Shown piece after piece: positions 16,939-29,110 of a stretch of 64,000 nucleotides of DNA. The stretch lies in NCBI RefSeq assembly GCF_009914755.1, contig NC_060937.1; one strand, given 5' to 3'. This stretch comes from the human T2T-CHM13v2.0 reference genome, Homo sapiens. Made by a program: the position numbers and the translations under genes. Below the pieces are notes generated by a model, which searched no databases, had not been told where the DNA came from, and worked only from the letters and a program-made list of their open reading frames with translations. The first letter of the stretch is position 1. Every line of letters starts with the position of its first letter.

Positions 16939-17075
16939 GTTGCTTAGTAATTAGATCATGTGTTAATGTCAAATTTTGCAAGTTCAGTGTCAAATCCACA
17001 TACTGCTATTCATGTGTGCGATATTGGTGACTCAGAAAATGCTTGGTGACGTCATCAAAATTAGGTCATAGTAAC
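16939..17075. promoter_or_regulatory. Candidate regulatory motif cluster (X-box-like, AP-1, full CRE)
   Basis: GTTGCTTAGTAAT 16939-16951, TGACTCA 17028-17034, TGACGTCA 17047-17054 in apparently unique sequence; function unproven. Confidence 0.35.
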
Positions 17076-17792
17076 AACAATGACTCCTTACTGGATTTAG
17101 ACCCCTTCCTCTGCCAGGATCAATTTCAGACACTCCTCTGTTTGAGGCAAATGGGTGCAGCTGGTTTTCAATTCTCCTTCCTACTACTTATTTCCCTAAT
17201 CCCTAACCTTGGCTTCAGGTCCTTAATTGGTACTAGAACTTGCAAAAGACACAGAAAAACAAAAAATATTGCTTTCCTGGTAGTTTTGTGAGTGGGTTTT
17301 ACGGACTGTGGACCTAGCAGGTGGTAGAGCCGGCTCTCTGATAGGGACCTTCGTGGGTTCCCTGGAGATTCCCCTTACTCTCTGGGTGTCCATCCAAGTT
17401 CCTTGACCCTCCGTTTTCCCTGTGGTTTTCCACCTTCCCCTGTCCTTGTGCATCCAGCAGCGATCTGCACTTCTTTCTGTTCTGGTTCTTTCCCTTTCCA
17501 GGCAACCCTGTCAACAGAGCCCAAGGGAACCACGTGTCAGTTCTGTGGGTGTCCTACTCAGGTTCAAAAGAAAATCAATGGATCTTTTATCCTGAGAAAT
17601 TCTAGGAATTCAGTCCAATTTCAATATAAGAGTAAGTTTGCTTTTTCTGCAAAGCAATTGTTCAGCTGGTCTTCCACCCTCTAGATTTCACTGGTAGGAA
17701 TTAAACCTTTTTCCAGCTCCCTTGATCACATTTAATTTCTCCAAGTAGCCTTATTAAATCCTTTCCTTTCAATAGTGGCTGGGATTGACAGC

Positions 17793-17817
17793 AAAAAAAA
17801 AAAAAAAAAAAAAAAAA
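17793..17817 (+). repeat. Poly(A)25 tract
   Basis: Directly visible; not attached to a recognisable Alu or L1 body. Confidence 0.95.
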
Positions 17818-18244
17818 GTGAAACATTACATCTTTTGAAAATTTCCTCTTGCCATGTTGTGATCCATTTTTATAACCTTTATTGGACTGAGCAGTTCAAA
17901 AGTTGTAGAGTGGTTTCACTGATATTTCCTTTGTGATTTCTATATTTGGTCCATAATTCAGCATTCATTAGTTATATTTTGCCTTTACGGAAACTTTATT
18001 TTTAACATTATTTTATAATTTATTTTTGGCTTGTTGTTGATAAATATTACTTACTGGGAGGACTTTTGTCTTAAATATAAGAAAGCATAGTCCTAAATCT
18101 TTACACAGGCTGATGCCTTCTGGAATTCAGCAAATACTTATTGAGTATCATTTATGTGTTTAGCTATGTAATATTTATATAGAAATTTAAAGGAAGAAAT
18201 ACTAAATCTTATGTAAAATAACCATATAAATTATTTTAATATAA

Positions 18245-18466
<222 letters not shown>

Positions 18467-18577
18467 TAAAAGCTATCTGATGCAGATATCAAAAATATTG
18501 AAACATTCACACAATTACTTTCCTCATTGCAACATTAATATATTACCTCATTGCAGGTTACCTCATTGCAACATTAA

Positions 18578-21067
18578 TATATTAAATCATTCTTGCATTT
18601 CTATAGAGAAATACCTGAGGCTCAGTAACTAATAAAGAAAGGAGGTTTATTTGGCTCACAATTTTGCAGGATTTACAGAAAGACTGGTGCTTGCATCTTC
18701 TCATACTCTAGGGAGACCTCAGGAAGGCTGCGGTCATAGTGAAAGACAAAGCAGGAGCAGGCACATCACATAACGAAAGCAGGAGCCAGAGTGAGAGAGT
18801 GAGCGGGGAGGTGCCACACACTTTTAAACAACCAGATGGTACAAAAATTCACCATCACAAAGACAGCACCGAGCCATGAGGGATCTGCCCCCATGATCCG
18901 AACACCTCCCCCTAGGCCCCGCCTCTAGCATTGGGGATTACAATTCAGCATGAGATTTGGGTGGGGACAAATATCAAAACTCTATCATTTCACCAAAGCC
19001 CCTTGCCAAATCTCAAGTCCTTCCCACATTGCAAAATACAATCATGCCTTCCCAACAGTGTCCCAAAGTCTTATTTTATTCCAGCATTGACTCAATAGTC
19101 CAAAGTCTCATCTGAGACAAGGCAAATCTCTTCCACCTGTCAGCCTGTAAAATTTTAAAAAAGAAAATTTAGTTACTTCCTAGATACAATGAGGTTGTAG
19201 ACATTCCCACTTCAAAAGGGAGAAATCGACCAAAAAAGGGGGAGCTACAGGCCACATGCAAGTTTGAAACCCAGCAGGGTAGTCATTAAATCTTAAAGCT
19301 CTAAAATAATCTTTGACTCCATGTCCCCACATCCAGGGCACACTGGTGCAAGGAGTGGACTCCCAAGGCCTCGGGCAGCTTTACCCCTGTGGTTTTTCAG
19401 GGTGCAGCTGCCAAGCCTGCTCTCGTGGGCTAGAGATGAGTGTCTGCAGCTTTTCCTGGTGCAGAGTTCAAACTTCTGATGAATCTACAATTTGGGGGTC
19501 TGAAGGATGGTGGCCCCTGTCTCATACTCACAGCTCTACTAGGTAGTGCTCCAATGGGGACTCTGTGGGGCTCTGATTTCTCCTTCACGTTGCCCTCTGA
19601 CCCCACATTTCTCCTCCACATTGCCCTAGTAGAGGTTCTCCATCCCAGCAACATGCTTCTACCTGGATACCCAGGCTTTTCCATATATTCTCCGAAATCT
19701 AGGCAGAGGCACCCAAACTTCCTTCACTTTTGCATTCTGTGTGCCTGTGGGTTTAACATCACATGGAAGCTGCTAAAGCTTATGGCTTGAACTGTCTGAA
19801 GCAGCAGCCTGAGCTGTATCTAGGGTCCCTTGATCCAAGCCTGAAGCTGGAGAAGCTGGGACATAGGCAACAGTGTCCTGAGGCTGTGCAGGGCAGTGTA
19901 GCCCTGGGTCTGGCCCATACAACCATCCTTTCTTCCTAAGCCTCTGTGCCTATGATGAGAGGGGCTACTATGAAGGTCTCTGAAATACCTTTTCAGTCTT
20001 TTCTTCATTGTTTTGGATACCAGCACTTGGTTCCCTTTCAGTTATGCAAATTTATCTAGCAAGTTGTTGCTCTGTAGCCTGCTTGAATTCCTCTCCCGAA
20101 AAAGCTTTTTTTTTTTTTTTTTTCTGCCTCATGGGCAGGCTTCAAATTTTCCAAACTTTTATGCTCTGCTTCCTGTTTAAATATAAAATCCAAATTTAAG
20201 TCATTTTTTTTTGGTCCCATATGTGAGCATAGGTTGTTAGAAACAGCCAGGACATATCAGGACATATCTTGAATACTTTTCTGCTTAGAAATTTCTTCTG
20301 CCAGATATCTAAATTATCACTATGAAGTTTAAACTTCCATGGATCCTTAAGGAATGTACGCAATGTAGCCAAGTTCTTTGCTAAGGCGTAATATTGGTGA
20401 CATTTGCTCTAGGACCCAATGAATTCATTGTTTACATATGAGACCTCATCAGCCTTGATTTCGCTATCCATGTAACTACCGCATGTTAGTCACAACCATT
20501 TAACCCGTCTTTAACAAGTTCCAAACTTTCCCTCATCTTCCTCTCTTCTTCGGAGCCCTCCAAATTCTTTCAAACTTTGTTCATTACCCAGTTCCAAAGC
20601 TACTTTCACATTTTCAGGTATCTTTACAGAAATACCCCACTTGTGGCACCGATTTTCTGTATTAGGCCATTTTTGCATGCTACAAAGAAATAACTGAGAT
20701 TGGGTAATTCATAAACACAAGAGGTTTAATCGGCTCAGCGTTCTGCAGACTTTACACAAAGCATGGTGTTAGCATCAGCTCAGCCTCTAGGGAGGCCTCT
20801 GGAAGCTTATAATCATGGTAAAAGGCAAAGAGGGAGCAGGCATATGACTATGACAAAAGCAGAAGCAAGAGAGAGAGAGTTGGGGGCGGGGTGCCACACA
20901 CTTTTAAATGAATAGCCCTTGTGAGAACTCACTATCATCAAGATAGCACCAAGCCAAGAGGAATGAAATCCCATGATCCAAACACCTCCCACTAGGTTCT
21001 AGCTCCAGCACTGGGGATTACAATTCAACATGAGGTTTGGGTGGGGACAAATATCCAAACTACGTCA
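18578..21067 (-). mobile_element. Full-length MSTA-type ERVL-MaLR: LTR 18578-18987, internal 18988-20657, LTR 20658-21067
   Basis: Two homologous ~410-bp LTRs (t(g/a)tatta...ggggacaaatatc(a/c)aaact...tca) flanking ~1.67 kb of MST-int sequence; 5-bp TSD attaa/ataaa. Confidence 0.93.
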
Positions 21068-23658
21068 ATAAACAATAATTTTTAGGTGTTCTATAGATTG
21101 ATGTAAGCATCACTGCTAGCTTAATTTTTCTAGCATATATAGTTCCCTTCAACAGAGTTCTACCTAGTCTTTAAGATGTAGGAGCTGATTCAATGAAATG
21201 TTATTTATCCCTAAATTTCAGGTCATGTGACGCTCTCCTCTATTCTGCCTACTTTAAAAATTATGTGCATGGATCGTAATTTCCAGTCTTCATCCTATAT
21301 CCACTTAGTGGTACTGTCAAAGCTAGGAAATTATCAAGAACACATAACTTCCTTCTCACTTTCCTATTGTTAGCAGTCTCAGGATATTTTAATGGATTTT
21401 TGTGAATATCTAATTGGATTCCTATTTCCATCTCTTGGTTTTAATACATCCTTAATCCCATGTCTATAATAATCTTTCTAAGCAGTTCTTTGAATTTTAT
21501 CGAAATCCTATCAAACACACACAGGAACATATCATAACCCTTTCATGTCCATTTCAGTCTCTAGAGGCAGAGATGTTCGAATCGCCCTCCTTAGAGCTCT
21601 GAGAGAAGAAAGAAGTTGAGAAGCTGAGAAGCAGCATCTCATTTGCCACTTCCAAAGGATTGCTAAGATTTTATTGCTTCACATGCTGGGCTTCCAAGAA
21701 TAATTTTAAATGTACCATAAATTTTTCAGAAAGCCAATCCCTCTAGTGAAAAGTGAAAGACTAAATAATATTGATATATAAAAATGAAGTTCACAAGAGT
21801 TCATTATTTAACACTGTCATCTGTCCTGCCTTCCGCTTGGCCCTCCTCTAAAATTACTTCTATCCAAAACAAGAAAACAAAACTACTGATGAAGTCATCT
21901 AGGTAACCTTATTGTCATCCCACAGAAATGTCTCTACAGTCTTCTTTACTTGTTTAATTCTCATTATGATATCATTATTTAGATTCTATATCCTTTCCTG
22001 ACCACTCAAGTTACATACAAATTGAATTCTTGCAGCTTTTTATTATTGCTATTTATGTTTCACTTAATGCTATTGCTGTTGCATATGGTTTTGCTATTTG
22101 ATAAAATAATACGTGTCTCAAAGTCATTTCCAAGTTTCACTATGAAGTGCTATAACATTTTGTATCCCCTTCACTTACCATTGTATCCCCTTCCTGTTAT
22201 CATTAACAACGTAAAGAATGGCTAGATGCCTGTGGTTCACAGTGATGGGTATTTTAGAATAATAGTATGAAGGGGAGAAAAAAATCTTCAGCACATAAAT
22301 TTTTATTGATTTTTAACTAGAAGTGTTTTAATTGAATCAAACTATAAGATCCAAACAAGAATTAACTCATAATTTAATAAAGCAAGAAACACACAAAACA
22401 TAAGAATGCTTTAAAATTATTTGCTTATATTACCTCATCTGAAAAACTTCTCCAGAGTCCCACTAACTGGGATAAGCTCTCATAGCATCCTGTGTCTACA
22501 TTGTTTACTAGGCCTGGGGCTATTTGAGGAAACAAATCTGCCTTTTAACTAATATGTCCCAATACCTAATACAGGGCTGACAAAACACATGGAATATAAA
22601 TATTTGCTAACTGAATAAATAAACCATAAATTAAGGTGGAGTTTTAAACTAGCATTTTTTTGTGTGTCACTACTGCACAAATTATAAAGTACCTTCATTC
22701 CTAAAAATATGTAAATACCTCCAATAAACCATGACAATTCAACTTTTCTAATTTTGTTTATATTATACAATTTTCGTGTTTTCTCTACCAGTATTATGTT
22801 ATATATTGTGCTCATGAAGGAATGATTTTATAATAGCTAATAATTATTTTTAAGAATCATATGCAGTACATTAAACAGCTATACTATAACTTTTTATGTG
22901 TTTTTTCTAGTATAACATGTTTATATGTAAAATATTAAAGATGAATCCAACCGCTATAAGATTTTTCTCCAATGTTTTCCTAATAATGGTTTTAGCATTT
23001 ACCATCCTTAAGCATTTAAGTCAAAGAAGACTATATCACAGTGCAATGAGCATTTCCATATTAGGTATGTGGCCTGTCCTCTTGTAGGTTTTCAATTTAG
23101 GATATTTTGTGAAAGATTGTAAGCATTTTATACCCATTGGAATAGTTGCTCACAGGTTTAAACTACATCTATTATTAGTAATAAGGAAATGCATGTATGT
23201 TTAGTCGAAATTGGGTATGTGAATCCATTTTGACTATTTGATGTATAATTTAAATAACTTCTTTAATCATATTCAGACTCAGTTGCAACAGGGGTCAACA
23301 AATATATATTGAAATACACAAACGGAATTAGCAAATTCATGTCATTTTTGAAAGCAACTTCAGACGACTGCAGCGAAGCTGTGGAACTTCAGGCTTTCAG
23401 GCTTTTCTGCTGTCATACTCAGAGTTCAGTCGTGGCATGAAAATATTTGTAATCAATACTGTTGACAGTTTTCTCCTAGCGATGGATAGAGCTAATGTGT
23501 TCTTGATGCCTAAAACTAAACTGGCAACAATTTGTGGCAATATATGATCAAGTGGCAGCTTTGAAATAATATTCCCCAGAAAGAACAGAAGGTTTTCCTT
23601 CTTTTATTTTCTATGATCAGTTTGGTTTATTTTGTGCTCTTATCTCTTAAAGTGAGCA

Positions 23659-24350
<692 letters not shown>

Positions 24351-25335
24351 TACCTGTACGTCCTGATTTGAGAGCATACCCTGTAGCGGGAACCACTGTT
24401 ATGCCCAGTGGTGAAATATCCAATTTGTTCTCATTTAGCTTTTCAGTGTCAGAGTATAACAATGAAAAACAGAATATTGCAGCAACTTGAATTTAAATAT
24501 CACATTACATAAACCATGGAACTGAACCAAACCAAATTATTAAGAAATAAAATATAACTATGACAAATAAATCTAGCAACTTAAATCAAATGGGTGTCTA
24601 CTATATCTGTGATCTGAAACATCCTACATTCCAAATATATTCAAATCTCAGAATTTTCATCTTCCAAGGATGATTTTTCTTACATAATATGAATTACTGG
24701 TTTTGAATTGAGAAATTGAAGAGTTCTGTTTTGTTATGATTTTTGACCATATATTTCAACTTCAATTTAAAACTTGATTCTTACTGTTAGGTCATTAGTG
24801 CATTAAGCAACATTTTTATACATCGTTCCTTTTTTTTCAGAAATTAAGCAACGTTTCCACACGTAATTCCTTTTTTTCAGAGATAAAGTGAAGCTGATAG
24901 GTAAACAAGAGCATTGGTGTGTTAGGATCAAAGAAGAAAAAAGACAGTGGGAATGCTTTGGGAGATGATTCCTTTAAGAATTTCTTTTTATATATAAGGC
25001 TTCGTGAAATTTAACTACTGCAATAAAAATTTTATCTGCAAATTAAGTATCAAAAATCAATACAAAACTTGGTCAGAGCCATAGAAATGTCTTCTATTCA
25101 AATAGACTCTTCATTACCAAGAATTTCATAAAGTTTCTTTTCCCCTCTGCTGAATAAACAGTCAAGAGGACTTTTCTGAAATTGGTATTTGAAGATGGAG
25201 AAATTAAATACCCCCAAGTGTTTACCATTTTCAATGGCCTTCTTGCTTCTTAGCCTGGAATATACTTGCCGCTTCTCCAGGATGAGGGAACAGAAAATCA
25301 GATTCTTAGAATGATAGAGCTATAGGTTAAAGGCA

Positions 25336-25788
25336 CTCTTAGTTTTCTAGGGGTGCCATAACAAAGTCCTGCAGCGTGGCTGATTTAACCAATACGTTAT
25401 CTCACAGTTCTGGACACTGGAGGTTCAAGATCAGAGGTGTCATCAGTTCTGGTTCTTCTGAGGGGGGTGAGGAAGAAATCCCCAGCTTTCCTCCCAGTTT
25501 CTGGTGCTCGCAGGTAATCTTTGGCATTCCTTGGTTTCTACTGCATAACTCCTATTTCTACCTTCATTTTCATATATTTTTCTCCCTACATGCATGTCTG
25601 TATCCAAATTTCTTCTTTTATAAGGACGCCATCATATTGGACTAGTAGATCCACCTGAATCTAGTATAAACTCATCTTAACTAAATATATCTAAAAGGCT
25701 CTCTTTCCAAAGAAGGTCATATTCTGGAGTACTGAGGCATAAGACATCAGCATGTAAATTTGCGGAGAACACAATTCAACCCACAGCA
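25336..25788 (-). mobile_element. MLT1 (MLT1B/C-like) solo LTR
   Basis: ttagttttctaggggtgccataacaaag...tctcacagttctgga...tttccaaagaaggtcatattct...acacaattcaacccacagca. Confidence 0.85.
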
Positions 25789-25797
25789 GGGATAACG

Positions 25798-25928
25798 TCA
25801 TTACTTCACAGATTAGAGAATCAGAGCTAGAGCAGTTAAGTAGCTAATCCAAGTTTTCAGATTTAAAGTGAGCAACTGATTATGTTAGAACTCTGGCACC
25901 TGCTCTTTCCAATACCACAGGTGCCTTC
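25798..25928 (-). mobile_element. MIR fragment
   Basis: ttcacagattagagaatcagagctagagcagttaagtagct...tgctctttccaataccacaggtgcct. Confidence 0.55.
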
Positions 25929-26189
25929 CACAAATAAATAATGGAGCAGCAGACATCTGCATCTTCACTAAAAGCATATTTGTGACTAAATGATTAAAAT
26001 AAAGCTAAAATTTGTTTGATTACAAAATTCGAAAGTAGAGATTAGTAGGCAATAATGGGATATTTTCTTCAATATTTTCCTGGAATGGAATACATTTTGA
26101 TAGACATCGTAAATTACTATTGTACATACAAACTAAAATCTATGATGCTCACTTTAAAATATTTCTTTTAGCTATCTTTGCAACACTGA

Positions 26190-26260
26190 CTTTTCTTTCT
26201 TCCTTGCTTCCTTCCTTCAATCTTTCCTCCCTCTCTCTTTCCCTCCCTCTTTCTTTCCTT
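26190..26260. repeat. CT-rich low-complexity tract
   Basis: Directly visible polypyrimidine run. Confidence 0.85.
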
Positions 26261-27754
26261 GACAGGTAACTCTTATAAATCTTGCAATTAACAACAATCC
26301 CTCCTTAAGATGTTTTATTCATTAGATTCTAAATATTATACCCAAAATGCTTAGAGGAAAACAAATGGTGGAGATGGAATGGAAAATAGAGCTGTACTCA
26401 ATATCAAAGTATGGTTCTGAAGTCGATAATTTGTGAAGTCATTAAATTTAAATTATTATCTATCCATTCTCATCTTTGGGAAATTAGTTCAAATTAATTA
26501 CATATATTAACTATTTATTGAGTGGCTACTATGTGAAAACAATAAATCAGAGTTGGACTTTTTTTTACTTTTATTCCTGAATAACTCAATGCTACGGGAT
26601 CATCTTGTAACTCAAATCTACATGATCAAACTTGTGTGACAATAGACATATTAATAACTTACATTTTCAAAATTCCCTGTTTAATTGGTGTCAGCATGAC
26701 TCTGGTTCACTGAATAAAAATTAATGTTCTGTGTTTGATTAAATTTTTGGAGGTCTTCTTTTACCTAAAATTAATCTATAAGTTTATTCAGTAAATAATA
26801 AATAGTTGAAGAGAATTGATTATGCTGATATAATATTGAGTCTATTGATTACTGTTAATTGTATCTTAAACATAATTTTAGGTTTCAAGAAAATCCTCAA
26901 GATAGGAAATAGCAATGCTTTGAACCAAATTTTAAAAGTGTAATGATGTGTACTTGAGTTTGGAAATACATGTATTGGTACTGAATTTATTTTAGAAGGA
27001 AAAATTATAGCAGCCAATAATTACTGCTGCAATTGGATAATTGTGCAGTCAATTGAGTAGTTCTGGTTGCAATTGGACAGCTTCTACTTATCTCTGAGTT
27101 GTAATTAACCAATTTCAGGCATAATTATTTGTACCTGGGCTTTTAGACGCCTAAATTATTCTTCCTCATTCTTCAAAAACATGTTGCAATGTTTATTATT
27201 TCTTATTTGAACACCACTGATTTTTCTGAATTTAAGGCAATACTATCAAAGAGAGTACCATTTGGGTTAGTTACTTCAGATTGTAAACGGAATTCATCAG
27301 CAGACTAAAGCTGTTAGCACACACACAAAATTGCTTTAAAAGGATTGAGTAAATTGAAAAATTAACTTCATCAAGCACAAGCCAGTTCAGTCAAATATAT
27401 TTCTTGACAGAATTGACTTCTTGACCAATTATTCAGCCGAATTGATAGTTTGTTTCACTTATTTGTCTGTCAGTTTACTGAAACCTCTCTGAGAGTTTAA
27501 ATAAGTTACTGTTAAATTCGTGCTTATAGTTCAGTAAAATAAATTATAAATATATAGTACAGAATTATGTAAAATATGTCAATAATATAACTTTTACATA
27601 TGGTAACATATCTAAACTTGATATTTTGACATCACATTTTTATAATAAGATGTTCTATAAATGCTTACCTGAATTTTTGTGCCAAATGCCTTCATCAGCA
27701 TCACAGTGCATAGATATTCTGAGTCCATTTTTATGCATATGGAATGTGTAACTT

Positions 27755-27848
27755 TTCTAGAGCAATTACTGCATCTTATTTACCTTAGTATCCCAGCTGT
27801 CTTAAGTCTCTCCTGGCTATTAGGTGTTTAATAAATGTTTGTTAAGAA
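27755..27848 (+). mobile_element. L2 tail fragment
   Basis: gtatcccagc...cctggctattaggtgtttaataaatgtttgttaagaat. Confidence 0.55.
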
Positions 27849-27948
27849 TCACTGTATAAAACAAAAGATAATGCTATCTTATTTCTCTTCACTTTAAAAA
27901 TATGTCTTTTTGTTTGGCTTGTTTGCCTGTCTTTAACTAGAACTCTGA

Positions 27949-28089
27949 CTTTATTTAATTTTTTAACTTGTAAGTTCAGGGGTACATGTGCAGGTTGGTT
28001 TCACAGGTAAACTTAGGTCATGGGGGTGTGTTTTTCAGATTATTTTATCACACATGTATTAAGCCTTGTATCCATTAGTTATTTTTCCT
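27949..28089 (-). mobile_element. Extremely 5'-truncated L1PA13-16-like 3' end (~140 bp)
   Basis: taagttcaggggtacatgtgcagg...catgggggt...cattagttatttttcct. Confidence 0.85.
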
Positions 28090-28230
28090 TTATAAAGTAG
28101 AGCATATTTGCAAATAATTATAGGAGGACACTAAATGAGAAGAGATATTAGACATCATACCGTTTGAATCAGTCTGAAGAGCTTGGGTTTCTACTGAGGG
28201 GTAAATTACAAATTGTAGTGGGGAACATTT

Positions 28231-28541
<311 letters not shown>

Positions 28542-29110
28542 TATAGTAGGCAACTTTTAAGTTGATCTCTAAAGAGCTCCATCTCTAGGTATTCACATCC
28601 TTGTGTAATCTCAGTTGAGATGATGTGAACTGCACTTAGTAACTTACTGCTAATGGAAAGAATGCATCAGAAGGCTTGTGCTGTCATTTTGAGATTAGGT
28701 TACAAAACGATGATGACTTCTGGATCAGGTGCTTTCTCTCGCCCTCTCCCTCATCCACTCTGAAGGAAGCTGCCTTTGGAGAGACCTACATGGTAAGGAA
28801 CTGTGGAGTGCCTCTAGCCAACAGCCAGAGAGAAACTGAGGTCCTCAACTGAACAGTCCCTGAACAGCAGGATCCTACCGATAATCGCCCTGGTGAAGTT
28901 GAAAGTTGCACGTCCCCCAGTGGAGACCTCACAGGAGACCACAGCCCAGACAGATTAACTGCAACCGTGCCAGAGGCCTTGTGCTACAGAGAGATGTGCA
29001 GAAAGCTGTGCCACATTTCTGACCCACAGACAGTTAGACAATAAGTCTTTATTTCTTTAAAACAGTGAGTTTTAGGGTAATTTGTTGCACAGCAATAGAA
29101 AATAAATATA
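28542..29110 (+). mobile_element. MLT1 (MLT1E/F-like) solo LTR; the Alu is inserted just inside its 5' end
   Basis: ggtattcacatccttgtgtaatc...gagacctacatggtaaggaactg...gcctctagccaacagccag...tttagggtaatttgttgcacagcaatagaaaataaatatac. Confidence 0.8.

Noticed and set aside
21565-21595. GTTCGAATC B-box-like motif suggesting a tRNA
   Set aside because: No cloverleaf stems, A-box or anticodon arm around it
27660-27760. Strong - strand donor CAG|GTAAGC with open frames upstream
   Set aside because: No credible polypyrimidine acceptor; the upstream sequence runs into an L2 tail
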